From: Malacoraja senta
Lineage: Eukaryota
Length of the DNA stretch: 64,000 nt
Assembly (NCBI GenBank): GCA_038087875.1
Contig: CM075995.1
Coordinates: 6,698,001 to 6,762,000 of the forward strand
Direction: 5' to 3'
Shown here in pieces: positions 51,801-61,613 of this stretch. The translations under genes and the position numbers were made by a program. The notes beneath the pieces were generated by a model, which was not told the origin of the DNA, searched no databases, and saw nothing but the letters and a program-made list of their open reading frames with translations. Numbering within the stretch: position 1 is the stretch's first letter; each line of letters starts with the position of its first letter.

Positions 51801-52549
51801 TGGCTATTTAAATGCCAGTACGCGGACCCTGCCCGTGTGCGCGCTGGGATAAAGTCCACTCGCACCAGGCAATGGTCCGAGCATGGCGCCGGCTGCATGG
51901 AGGCTGCCGAAACACAAGAGACATAGGCCTTGGACACGTATAAATGATCAATACGGGACCCACCACCCTCAAACCTGTACGAGAAGGCGTTAGAGTCAGG
52001 ATGGAAATTCCTCCAAGCATCTACCAGCTCAAAAGAGTCCACCATCTCCCTCAAAGTCTTCACTGCTCCCGGGTCACGCTGAACGCCAGAGCGATCTCTT
52101 GTCTCAAGGGCACAATTAAAATCTCCCCCAAGAAAAACACACTCCCCACGGTCGATAGTATTCAACAACGTGGTCACTTCCCTTGTTAAGCGCGTCTGCA
52201 TTGCGCCGATCTTGGGGGCGTACACATTAACGAAGTGTAATGGCACACCATCCAAGCGCACGGCCAGATACAGCAAACGGCCTGGTACAACCTCCTGCAC
52301 TTTGAGGATCTCCGGCTGGAAAGACGGGGCCAACAGGAAGGCTACTCCACTCGATTTGGAGCTGAGATGACTCATATAGACCCCCCCTTCCCACTCCAGG
52401 AGCCATGTGGGTTCATCACTAGCCACAGTGTGTGTTTCCTGCAGGAAGCTCACCGCATATCTCCCGTCTCTGAGCACTGAGAGATGGTGAAACCTACGGA
52501 GAGACCCCCTGCCCCCATTGATATTAAGGCTGGCTATAGTGAGCTTCAT
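48872..52549 (-). CDS. Tx1 ORF2p, intact 1225 aa (APE endonuclease, reverse transcriptase, C-terminal zinc finger)
   Basis: APE motifs NING, LQETH, GDFN, RIDH, SDH. RT motifs KNWRPVSLL, DQEKAFD, GVRQGCP, YADD, YLG. C-terminal CHFC..ETVFH...C. No stops or frameshifts. Confidence 0.96.
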   Translation of the reverse strand: MKLTIASLNINGGRGSLRRFHHLSVLRDGRYAVSFLQETHTVASDEPTWLLEWEGGVYMSHLSSKSSGVAFLLAPSFQPEILKVQEVVPGRLLYLAVRLDGVPLHFVNVYAPKIGAMQTRLTREVTTLLNTIDRGECVFLGGDFNCALETRDRSGVQRDPGAVKTLREMVDSFELVDAWRNFHPDSNAFSYRFEGGGSRIDHLYVSKAYVSCVSAASMQPAPCSDHCLVRVDFIPARTRAGSAYWHLNSQLLEDCRFRDSFRQFWVRWRERQGRFLSLRQWWDVGKVYVRQFCQDYARGSTKGRESEIGRLERELLDSEAHLDQTGGASCEWEEYQEKKGALRDLQLRRSRGAYVRSRVQMLHDLDRASPFFFSLEKGRGARRQLVELLADDGSSVTDPESIGASVRSFYRTLFSAGTSSGEAQEVLWEGLPVVCNDVAEHLDDPLTLEELTGALHQLRRGKSPGLDGLTVEYLRAFWDVLGGDYMKVLGESLATGEMPFSWRRAVVVLLPKKGDLRLLKNWRPVSLLSTDYKVFARALANRLGPVLSQVIHPDQSYTVPGRSIQDNIHLLRDLIHLSQGAGQSVAFLSLDQEKAFDRVEHDYLLGTLQAFGFGPHFVAWVRLLYTAAECLVKVNGSLLAPIPFGRGVRQGCPMSGQLYSICVEPFLCLLRRRLTGLALPGPGMEVVLSAYADDVLLMFTDPVDLRRMRECQQVFSAASSARINWGKCSGLLMGGWQVDSLPEEMAGFAWSTTHLLYLGVYLSPAEEGWPANWQELEAKVVARLGRWSGLLGVLSYRGRAIVINQLVASLLWYRMATMVPSSYFITMLQRRLVNFFWGERNHWVSAGVLSLPLEEGGQALVCIRTQVAALRLRTLRRYVYSDYPPKWHVLATYFFRQGRCLQEGSRLPVAGMSRRARRELPGFYREVLKARNLVTFSQGPAPQGEGGVVAVTVGIEERRVHGAIPDELTPAQSELFIGPMARDPPREPAPCNMSRLSEMPSVPFRGAERRVLYRLLLHTLHFLALVFRPDTPWRSVLPPDEGSGPQWRYLYKGVLPLYIGDLGWRVLHKAVACNRYLSRFTDSSPACHFCGEEETVFHVYIECERLQPLFEYLKGLLLKFWLHFSPTLLIYGHPVQGGEGREGGGGLPVGLLLGLAKMAIRGSRQRAVDGRTAVGCLPLFRGYVRARVSLEREHAVSTGTVEAFCERWSPQEVEYIIDKNVNILI

Positions 52550-54648
52550 TTTGAAAGTACACTTGATCTTTTACCCGTCCCCGGTGATGGATTGGAGCCG
52601 CCCCTACCCTTCTTCCCTCTCTTTAGGACCTTAAAAAGCTCTTGGAACTGGCGCCTCTCATTTCTTACTAGCCCCGCCTCATTCCCCTTCTTCTGAAGGA
52701 TGGCATGAATGGACTGCATGGGCGCCATCAGGTCCGACCAGCGGTCGACAGCCAACTCCACCTTGTTCCTACTCCCTCTAGTGTCCTTTAAGAACTTCCG
52801 AAGTTCCCAGACTTCGACAAGTTGAGACACGGGGCCGCGGGTGGAGCAGTCCGTCAACTCATTGTCGATGGACTCCGGGTACCCCTCCTCCTCACACTCA
52901 ATGTCCGAGCCCGAGTCCAGATGGTTACTACTCTCAGCCGCCTCGCTCACCCCTCCCTGTGAGGTGGGCATTCCAGCCACATCACACAGTCCCTCCTCTG
53001 TCACCATCCCACCCCCAGGATCAGTGACAGGGGCAGGTACCGGTGCCTCTGACCGCGGCAAGCTTTCTGACAGTTGGCCAGTCTCCTGCACGCTCCCATC
53101 GCCCTCTGTAACCAGATTGGGCACAGTGAACTCAGAGCAAGTCTCCGGGCCTTGCTGTAAGCGGGTCTGTCTGGAGTCCGACCTAAGGACACGATCCAAA
53201 ACGATCTTGCCCTCCTCCGCACCCAGGGTATCCGCCCCTGCACCGTCACCCAGAGAGTCCCCGTCCCCCACCACCAGGTGAATCACCCCACTGTGTCCCT
53301 CAGGGGCCGATGTTACTGGAGTCTCCCCTGCTCCCTCAACCAGTGGGGCATTACACCCCTCAACTGGGCTTGTAGCCTCAACGGGGAGCTCATGTTGGGG
53401 ACCCACCCCCTCACCCAATTCCCCCCCTTCAGGCTGCCCCTGGTCATCCACTAAGCTAGCAGACATGTTTTCTGGGGGAACAGCCCCCAAGAGCAATATA
53501 TCGCCACTCTCAGGTGGCCCCAGACCTACAGAGGCATCCTCCCCCTCAGAGGAAACTTGCCCTGGGTACCCCACCTCAACAGGAGGGGAAGGCTCCCCTT
53601 CAGGTTGCCCCTGAACTTCAGGGCCCTTCTCTGTATCGGACGACCCATGCCTCCTCCTCTTCGAACCACTGGCGTACGGTGGTACGGTGAGCTCCATTGC
53701 AGAAGCCTCTACCTCCACATTACCTTCTATCTCAGAGGCGAGCATGAAATTATCTGCTTCCTGGGGTCCCGCTTGGAGGTGATCATCTTCTAGGGGATCA
53801 GCCTGGAGATGTTTCTTCTTTTTATTGACTTTCCTCCCCTGCTGATGCTCCCAAACCTTCCCATCCACCCTACGCACTTCTCCGGCATCCACCGCCACAG
53901 GTACGGGACATGGGGGTGGTGGGGGGATAGGGGTTGGGGGTAGGGGAGTAAAGCCTTCACGGGCCACCGTGGTAAAACCAGCAGCCCCAGATGGGCCAGT
54001 AGTGCTTTCCCGTGCCATCGTGGTGGAACTGGCAGCCCGGGTCCTGGGACAATTCTTGCGAAAATGCCCCACCTGTTTGCAACCGTGACAACGCACTTGG
54101 CCCGCATTCCAGAACACGCGATAGGAGAAATCATCCACCTCCACCTCAAAACTCCCCTCCGTGTCCATCCCCTTTGCCAACTGTATATACACGCGACGCT
54201 TGAACGTATATACATGCTGCATCTCAGGATCGTCAAACCTGTACAACAGTTTGGTGAGCCCTGACCGCACCTCCCCCAGCTTCCTTACATGTGGGAGCAG
54301 GAGCGCATCCGGAACAAAAGTGGGAACATTGGACAGAATGACCGGCAAAACGGGACCCCCCCATGGGTCCACCGCCGCGAAAATCCCCCCTGCTGTTACC
54401 CCCCTTTCCAGAGCCAGAGCCACCGCCTGTTCAGTCTTTAGTATAACCACAACCTTCCCACTGACCACCGCGCCCGAGACTATGGCTTTCTTGCCAACAG
54501 TCTCACCCAACGCATCTAGAAAGGCCTTTAAGGGCAGGTTGCTCTTCATGTACATTTTTACACCATATGTGCGCCCCATCAACTCATGGCCCTCAGTCTC
54601 TGAGACTGCCGACCGCGCGACAGCTGCATAACTCTGAGGGGCCGCCAT
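52546..54648 (-). CDS. Tx1 ORF1p (gag-like RNA-binding protein, ~700 aa from MAAPQSYAAVAR)
   Basis: ATG in aagATGG context at 54648. N-terminal SYAAVAR motif, CHGCKQVGHFRKNC zinc knuckle (CX2CX4HX4C), long acidic/proline-rich region. Its stop codon overlaps the ORF2 ATG (ATGA). Confidence 0.88.
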   Translation of the reverse strand: MAAPQSYAAVARSAVSETEGHELMGRTYGVKMYMKSNLPLKAFLDALGETVGKKAIVSGAVVSGKVVVILKTEQAVALALERGVTAGGIFAAVDPWGGPVLPVILSNVPTFVPDALLLPHVRKLGEVRSGLTKLLYRFDDPEMQHVYTFKRRVYIQLAKGMDTEGSFEVEVDDFSYRVFWNAGQVRCHGCKQVGHFRKNCPRTRAASSTTMARESTTGPSGAAGFTTVAREGFTPLPPTPIPPPPPCPVPVAVDAGEVRRVDGKVWEHQQGRKVNKKKKHLQADPLEDDHLQAGPQEADNFMLASEIEGNVEVEASAMELTVPPYASGSKRRRHGSSDTEKGPEVQGQPEGEPSPPVEVGYPGQVSSEGEDASVGLGPPESGDILLLGAVPPENMSASLVDDQGQPEGGELGEGVGPQHELPVEATSPVEGCNAPLVEGAGETPVTSAPEGHSGVIHLVVGDGDSLGDGAGADTLGAEEGKIVLDRVLRSDSRQTRLQQGPETCSEFTVPNLVTEGDGSVQETGQLSESLPRSEAPVPAPVTDPGGGMVTEEGLCDVAGMPTSQGGVSEAAESSNHLDSGSDIECEEEGYPESIDNELTDCSTRGPVSQLVEVWELRKFLKDTRGSRNKVELAVDRWSDLMAPMQSIHAILQKKGNEAGLVRNERRQFQELFKVLKRGKKGRGGSNPSPGTGKRSSVLSK

Positions 54649-56924
54649 CTTTAGGGCGTGGCACAACACACAAAGTATCAGTAGTTTATATCCAAAGCAG
54701 TCTTTCTGCTGTTGCTGCACCTCCACTCTTTTGCAGCAGTTAAATAGTCCTGTGAAGGCTTTCTTGGCAAGCAACAGAAGCAGTCTCCTCCTGATAAGAT
54801 AGGAAATGTCCGTGCCAATCCTCCCCGTCGTAAAAAAATGGATCTTCCTTATGCTTCTTCCTCAGGCCTCCGACTCCTCCCCGGCCTCAACGAAATCCAA
54901 GGCACTGTTGCCGTTCTTACCCAGCCCACCTGGACCGGGCAAGTCGGTGTAGGAGGGAGCTTTCCGATGTTACTGACCACAAACACCACTCTAGACTCAG
55001 CTCCCACTCGTTCAAGTGTAACTTGGCCTTCCGCCAGCCACTGCCGCTCCTACGACTTTACAGATACACGGACAAATCCTCCCTAATTAGAGGAATCCTT
55101 GAACAAAGAAAGTCTCTGCAGATCGACAAAGCTCTGAACTGCAAAGTCTGACTGCTTTTGTTTCTCCCCGCCAAACAAAACCTTCTGAAAAGTTCATCAA
55201 ATCCTCCCCGCCAGCAGAACAGCTCCTCACCTGGCCCCGCTCTGGGAGTAGGAGTGGGGGCGGATCCGGATCCGCAACGGCCGTGAGCCCCAGGCCGAGC
55301 TCGGCGATCGTTTGCCTGCTTCTGCTGCTGTTGGAGGTGAGACGCGCCAGGGTCTTGGGCCTGTCCCATTTTGGCCATCAGTTACGCGACAGGCCGGTGG
55401 CGCGTGAAGATTTCATGCAGGACGAAGTCCACACTCCTCCACTCCATGCGCCCGTCCCGCGCTACCCACACGCTAGCAGGTCGTGTAAATGGCGCGCGAA
55501 AGACGGCCAAGTGGGACAGGCCCTTGACTCGTGCAAAGTTCTCCAAAGTGCTTCTCCATAGCAACAGTTATTACCTGCATTCAGAAATGCCACACAGCAT
55601 TGGATGCAAGTTTAGAGTGGGCTCAATGTGGCCATTAAAATATAAGGGCGGCATGGTGCCGCAGTGGTAGAGCTGCTGCCTCACAAAGCCAGAGACCCGG
55701 GTTCGATCCCGACTACGGGTGCTATCTGTACGGAGTTTGTACCCGTGGTTTTTCCCCGGGTGCTCCGGTTTCCTCCCACATTCCAAAGAAGTGCAAGTCT
55801 CCAGGTTAATTAGCCTCTGTAAATTGCCTCTGGTTTAGTTTAGTTTAGTTTTTAGTTTAGATACAGCACGGAAACATGCCCTTCTGCCCACCGGGTCCGC
55901 GCCGACCAGCGATCCCCGCACATTAACACTATCCTACACCCACTCGGGACAATTTTTTTTACATTTACACCAAGCCAATTAACCTGCAAACCCGCACGTC
56001 TTTGGAGTGTGGGAGGAAACCGAAGATCTCGGAGAAAACCCACGCAGGTCACGGGGAGAACGTACAAACTCCGTACAGACAGCACCCGTAGTCCGGATGG
56101 AACCCGGGTCTCTGGCGCTGCATTCGCTGTGAGGCAGCAACTCTACCGCTGCGCCACCGTGACCGCCCTGTGTGTAGGATGTGAAAGGGGTGTAACATTG
56201 AACGAGTGTATGGGTGATCGATGGTCGGCATGGACTCGGTGGGCCAAAGGGCCTGTTTCCATGCTGTATCTCCCTAAATCTTGAGGTCCATTCTTATGAA
56301 TAATTAAATCCGGCAACAATCAGTTAAGCTGGAAATGTCAGATACCAGAGAGTATAGAAGATAGACACAAAATGCTGGAGTAACTCAGCGGGACAGGCAG
56401 CAGCATCTCTGGAGAGAAGGAATGGGTGACGTTTCGGGTCGAGACCCTTCTTCTGACTGAGAGTTGGGGGAGAGGGCCTGGAGAAGGGTCTCGACCTTTC
56501 ATTCATTTATTCCATATCTCTCTACATCACGGTCTATCTCTCTCATTTCCCTTTCCCCTGACTGGTCTGAAGAAGGGTCTCGACCCCGAGTTACTCCAGC
56601 ATTTTGTGTCTATCTTGGGTTTGAACCAGCATCTGCAGTTCCTTCCTACACCAGAGGGTATAGGATTGGTCTGAGAGTGGCAAAGTTTAAAGGAGATGTG
56701 CGGGGCCTTCTCCCCATGGCCTCTGACACCCGTACTAATCAAGAATCTATCTATCTCTGCTTTAAAAAACATGCATTGACTTGGCCTCCACCGCCATCTG
56801 TCCATTGATAGAGACAACGTGCTTTTGTTTAACAAAAATAAATGTAATGAATTATTTACAAAAATGATGTGTACAATACATAATAATACAAACAAACCCA
56901 CCACCATGATACAAAGCCATGATC

Positions 56925-57380
56925 TCATCTGCTGAGAGAATGGAGCGTCTGGGCTTGTATACTCTGGAGTTTAGAAGGATGAGATTGAGAGATCTTATTG
57001 AAACATACGATTATTAAGGGTTTGGACACGCAAGAGGCAGGAAACATGTTCCCGATGTTGGGGGAGTCCAGAACCAGGGGCCACAGTTTAAGAATAAGGG
57101 GTAAGCCATTTAGAACGGAGGCGAGGAAACACTTTTTCTCACAGAGAGTTGTGAGTCTGTGGAACTCTCTGCCTCAGAGTGCGGTGGAGGCCGGTTCTCT
57201 GGATACTTTCAAGAGAGAGCTAGATAGGGCTTTTAAAGATAGCGGAGTGAGGGGATATGGGGAGAAGGCAGGAACGGGGTACTGATTGGGGATGATCAGC
57301 CATGATCACATTGAATGGCGGTGCTGGCTCGAAGGGCCGAATGGCCTACTCCTGCACCTATTGTCGAATGTCTATTGTCT
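56925..57380 (+). mobile_element. CR1 3' fragment
   Basis: MFPMLGESRTRGHSLRIRG...RGYGEKAGTGY followed by the CR1 3' UTR. Confidence 0.85.
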
Positions 57381-57389
57381 AAAGGGAAA

Positions 57390-57645
57390 CAAATATTCTT
57401 AAATTCTAAATATTAAATAACTATTTCCCCGTCCTTATTGAGGATTAGTACCACCGCCCAGCGGTTTCAGAAACCCCCCAGGGTGCCCGTGGACAACGCC
57501 TAGTCCCTCCCTAACACCACCCGGGCGCGGACGTAACCCCGGAAAAGGGGCAGGCAGCCGGCTCGGGCAGGGCCCTCTTCCGCCTGGCGCCGTGACTCGC
57601 GGATGGCCAGCTTGGCCAGGCCCAGGAGCAAACCCAACCAGGACA
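57390..57645 (-). mobile_element. 3' fragment of a second, diverged Tx1 subfamily
   Basis: Encodes GLLLGLAKLAIRESRRQAEEGPARAGCLPLFRGYVRARV, homologous to the ORF2 C-terminus but clearly diverged. Confidence 0.85.
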
Positions 57646-57925
57646 TCCTGTGCATCACAACGTGTTTGCAGGGCTGAACCTTATCTAACACCCTAAAACA
57701 CTTCCATTATCGACCCATCATGGCGTTGCGATTGCAACAGTCAGTTTCTCGAGCTGTCACAGTTCCACAAAAGGGATTAGACGAAACGGCCAGTTTGTCT
57801 CATTGCCAGACTCTTTGGTGCTGTAACTGCCATCAGGCTATTAAACACTACAACCTCCACTGTCAGAGTGAGACTAAATGCAAATTGGAGGAACAGCATC
57901 TCATATTTCATTTTGGGCAACTAAA

Positions 57926-58506
57926 AGGCCCGTCTCACGAGTCTGCGGTCATTGGCGGCGAAACGGGAAGAATCTGCCGCCATAGACCGCGCACTCGTGA
58001 GAACGTACAATTCCGGGGCCGCACGGTGCTAAAATAAAATCGACAATGTCGAAAAATATAATCTTACCGCACAACCTCCACCAGTGATGCACGAGTGCGG
58101 CACGGCCGCCCGCACGGGCCGCCGCCAGTGTGGCTCGAGCGCCATGCGTCAAACCTCCACTGCCACAGCCTCCGCCAGTGACGCATGTGCCTCCGCCAGT
58201 GAGGCACGTGTGCTGCACGGCCGCAGGCACAGCCACCGCTACAGCGCCGCGATCAGGATGGCCGCCGCCACAGCCGCCGCTGGTGAGTCACGTGCGGCGG
58301 CCCGACGTCATCGCAGTCGGCCCGCTCTTTTTTTTACCTACCGCAAGCACGTGGGACCCGCCGTGTTTGAATTACTTGGCCCCCGCGCAGCATCCGTGCG
58401 GCGCTCCGGTGGATAGGCTCGCCGCTCTCGCCGTTGCCGCGCGGTCCCCGCTACCGGCGACGCCGCGCTTCACCGCCGATGACCGCAAATAGGTAAGACA
58501 GAGCCT
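57926..58506. mobile_element. Harbinger-type MITE inserted in a Penelope fragment
   Basis: ~40-bp imperfect TIRs (aggcccgtctcac..gcggtcattggcggcgaaacg versus cgcttcaccgccgatgaccgc..gtaagacagagcct). Penelope sequence resumes at ttacagcccagcggt. Confidence 0.75.
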
Positions 58507-59203
58507 TTACAGCCCAGCGGTACGAATATCGACTCCGGACTGTCAAAGCCACCGCAGCCAGACATAAAAACTCAATAACCAAAAGTCTGTAGCCTCCTTT
58601 TGCTCTGGTATTTTATTTAATTCACATGTTTAATCAATAATGTTTTATTATGAATGTTTAATGTTTTATGTGTCATTCCTAACTGTCACTGTATGTCATG
58701 TTGTCCCTTGCGGGCAGAGCACCAAGGCAAATTCCTTGTATGTGAATACTTGGCCAATAAACTTGTTCATTCATTCATTCAGTCATTCTCTAACGTCAAG
58801 TAACCCCGGCATTCCCTCTCTCTCTATCCCTGCCCCACCCAAGTCGCACCAGCTTCTCATTTTCACCCAACAAACAGCTAACAATGGCCAGTTTCCTTTA
58901 TCATCATTACATTTTTGCATGTCTTTCATTCATTGTTCTTTATCTCTCCACATCATCGTCTATATCTCTCGTTCCCCTTTCCCCTGACTAGTCTGAAGAA
59001 AGGTCTCGACCCGAACATCGCTCATTCCTTCTCTCCAGAGATGCTGCCTGTCCCGCTGAGTTAATCCGGCTTTTTATGTCTATCTTCGGTTTAAACCAGC
59101 ATCTGCAGTTCCTTCCTGCACAACCTCCAAATAAGCTCTGAACTTCCTGAGTTGGGCGCGTTGGTGTGGTGCTTTTTGTTCTATTATTGTTTGGTTCTTT
59201 TTA

Positions 59204-59240
<37 letters not shown>

Positions 59241-60154
59241 TTATGTGTGTGTGTGTATGTTCACAAGTTAGAGGCGTAGAATTAGGCCATTTGGCCCATC
59301 GAGTCTACTCCGCCATTCAATCATGGCTGATCTCTGCCTCCTAATCCCATTCCCCTGCCTTCTCCCCATGACCCTTGACATTCGTTCTAATCAAGAATGT
59401 ATCTAACCCTGCCTTAAAAATATCCACTGATGTGTGTGTGTGTGTACATATATGTGTGTGTGCGCATATATATACATACACACGCATGCACATAAAAATA
59501 AACGAACAATAATGTGTGTGCATATGTACATATAAATAAATATATATATATATTAATACGGTGTAGCAGCGCCTGCTGGCGCACGCAGATATCGAACCCG
59601 GCGTTCGGAAGCCGCGGTCACGTGACTCGGGAGGAGCTGCCGTTTTCCGTATTCTGTTGTGCTTTTGCAAGTTAGAATTTCAGTGTTCTATCTGGGACAA
59701 TTGGCAATAAAACACTCTTGACTCTTGCTGTATTGAACTCGCTGTCTTTAGTGCGATTGTAGCGTTTAAGTGGTGTTTAGATAGGTACTTGGAAGTGCAG
59801 GGAATGGAGGGATATGGATCATGTACAGGCGGATGAGATCAGTTTAACTTGGCATCATGTTTGACACAAACATTGTGGGCTGATGGGATCGTTGTGTTTT
59901 GGTTTGTATTTTCGGAGCTGGAGCGTGGAATCAGGCCCTTTGTCCCACTGAGGCGGCACCGACCGGCGATCACCACGTACGCTAACACAATCGTACACAC
60001 TGGAGGGTATAGCTTGAGGTGAGAGGGGCAAAGTTTAAAGGAGATGCACAGGGCAAGTCCTGAGTTCGATCCCGACAATGGGTGCTGTCTGTACGGAGTT
60101 TTACGTTCTCCCCGTGACCGCGTGGGTTTTATCTGGGTTCTCCGGTTTCCTCCC

Positions 60155-60760
60155 AAGAAAGCACATCGGCGCCTCTACTTCCTGAGAAGATTACGGAGAG
60201 TTGGTTTGTCAAGGAGGACTCTCTCGAACTTCTACAGGTGCACAGTAGAGAGCATGCTGACCGGTTGCATCCTGGCTTGGTTCGGCAACTTGAACGTCCA
60301 GGAGCAGAAAAGACTGCTGAAAGTTGTGACCACTGCCCATCCATCATCGGCTCCGACCTCCCCACCATCGAAGGGATCTATCGCAGTCGCTGCCTCAAAA
60401 AGGCTGCCAACATCATCAAAGACCCACACCGCCCTGGCCACACACTCATCTCTCCGTTGCCATCGGGAAGAAGGTACAGGGAGCCTGAAAACTGTAACAT
60501 CCAGGTTCAGGAACAGCTGCTTCCCCACAGCCATCAGGCTATTAAACTCGCCATCAAACAAACTCTGAACAATAACAGCCTATTGCACTTTATCTGTTTA
60601 TTTATTGTGTATATATATATGGTCTATGGTATATAGACACAGCAAACTTTTATCTCCTGTTCTGTATTATGTTTACATATTCTGTTGTGCTGCAGCCAGC
60701 AAGAATGTCATTGTCCTATCTGGGACACATGACAATAAAACTCTCTTGACTTGACTTGAC
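60155..60760 (+). mobile_element. Rex1/Babar-type 3' fragment (others at 36862-37170, 43854-44160, 45775-45975)
   Basis: KKAHRRLYFLRRLRR...FYRCTVES...SGRRY..RFRNS and a gacaataaa tail with (cttga)n. Confidence 0.85.
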
Positions 60761-60779
60761 ACTCCAAAGATGTGCAGGT

Positions 60780-61007
60780 CCTAGAGAGGGAACACGCGGT
60801 GTCCACGGGGACTGTGGAGGCCTTCTGTGAACGCTGGTCACCGCAGGAGGTTGAATATATTATAGATAAAAATGTTAATATTTTAATTTGATAATTTTGT
60901 GTAAGTGTTTTTTAAATTGTGTGAGCTTTCTACCCTCCCTTGTAAATTGTACATTTGTTTAAAAATCTAATAAAAAAAACATTTACGGAAAAAAAAAAGA
61001 AAAAAAA
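60780..61007 (+). mobile_element. Short 5'-truncated copy of the same Tx1 family inserted in an HE1 SINE
   Basis: Near-identical to the 3' end of the large element. Poly(A) present. TSD aaagatgtgcaggt at 60766-60779 and 61008-61021. Confidence 0.9.
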
Positions 61008-61138
61008 AAAGATGTGCAGGTTTGTAGATAAATTGGCTTTGGTAAGAATTGCAAATTGTCCCTAGTGTGTGGGATAGTGTTAGTGTCGCGGGTGATCGCT
61101 GGTCAGTGTGGAGTCGGTGTGGTTTCTGTGCTGTATCT

Positions 61139-61213
61139 CTAAACTAAACTAAACTAAACTAAACTAAACTAAACTAAACTAAACTAAACTAAACTAAACT
61201 AAACTAAACTAAA
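61139..61213 (+). repeat. Expanded (aaact)n SINE-tail microsatellite
   Basis: About 15 perfect pentamer units. Confidence 0.97.
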
Positions 61214-61613
61214 GAGGCTAATGAGAGGAAACGTGCAAAGTACCAGGAACTGGTGGAGATCTGCCAGGACAGAGGCTGGAAAACATACTATGAGCCCATA
61301 GAGGTGGGCTGTAGAGGCCTTGCAGGACGCTCACTCTGCAGAGTCCTCAACCAGTTGGGCATTTCGGGGCTGGCAAAGAAGAGGGCCATTCAATCCGCAA
61401 GCGAAGCCGCAGAGAAAGCCACTAGGTGGCTTTGGATCAAGGGGGCTGATCCGTGGCGCGGTTGCTGCTGGGACGCAAGTCGGGGCCTGATCAACCCCGG
61501 CTGGGTCGCCTGGGCGTGGGTGTCTGATGTTGTGAGACCCGAAACACCCGGTGACCACAGGTCACATCACGGAGGATGCGTCCCAGCGCATCTAGAAGAT
61601 GTATCTTTCACAC
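61214..61613 (+). mobile_element. 3' fragment of an RLE-encoding (HERO/R2-group-like) non-LTR retrotransposon
   Basis: EANERKRAKYQELVEICQDRGWKTYYEPIEVGCRG...AEKATRWLWIK shows the RK..KY..L and EVG.RG RLE C-terminal pattern. Flanked by (aaact)n on both sides. Confidence 0.78.

Larger units (their letters stand above)
46475..55231 (-). mobile_element. Tx1-clade (L1 superfamily) non-LTR retrotransposon: full-length copy plus tandem 3' duplicate, inside one TSD pair
   Basis: Two ORFs, an AATAAA signal and poly(A) tails (T runs at ~46474-46509 and ~48750-48774). TSD tggccccgctct at 46463-46474 and 55232-55243. Confidence 0.93.
46138..55524. mobile_element. Non-autonomous PIF/Harbinger-type MITE hosting the Tx1 insertion
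   Basis: TIRs agggcttgtccctcttggccgtc (46138) and gacggccaagtgggacaggccct (ends 55524). 3-bp TSD tga at 46135-46137 and 55525-55527. A related copy lies at 24841-25284. Confidence 0.75.

Noticed and set aside
55058..55378. Minus-strand ORF with a GTGAG donor-like site as DTNBP1 exon 1
   Set aside because: No similarity to the dysbindin N-terminus; the sequence is MITE interior plus the Tx1 TSD and 5' end.
57926..58506. CpG island or promoter (also 24841-25284 and 62760-63130)
   Set aside because: CpG richness is confined between MITE TIRs, so these are young transposons.
59600..59635. ETS-like cggaag plus perfect CLEAR/E-box GTCACGTGAC (59617-59626) as the DTNBP1 promoter
   Set aside because: Tempting for a BLOC-1 gene, but the CpG patch is only ~90 bp, no exon 1 is adjacent, and cggaagccgcggtc recurs in a repeat at 62401.
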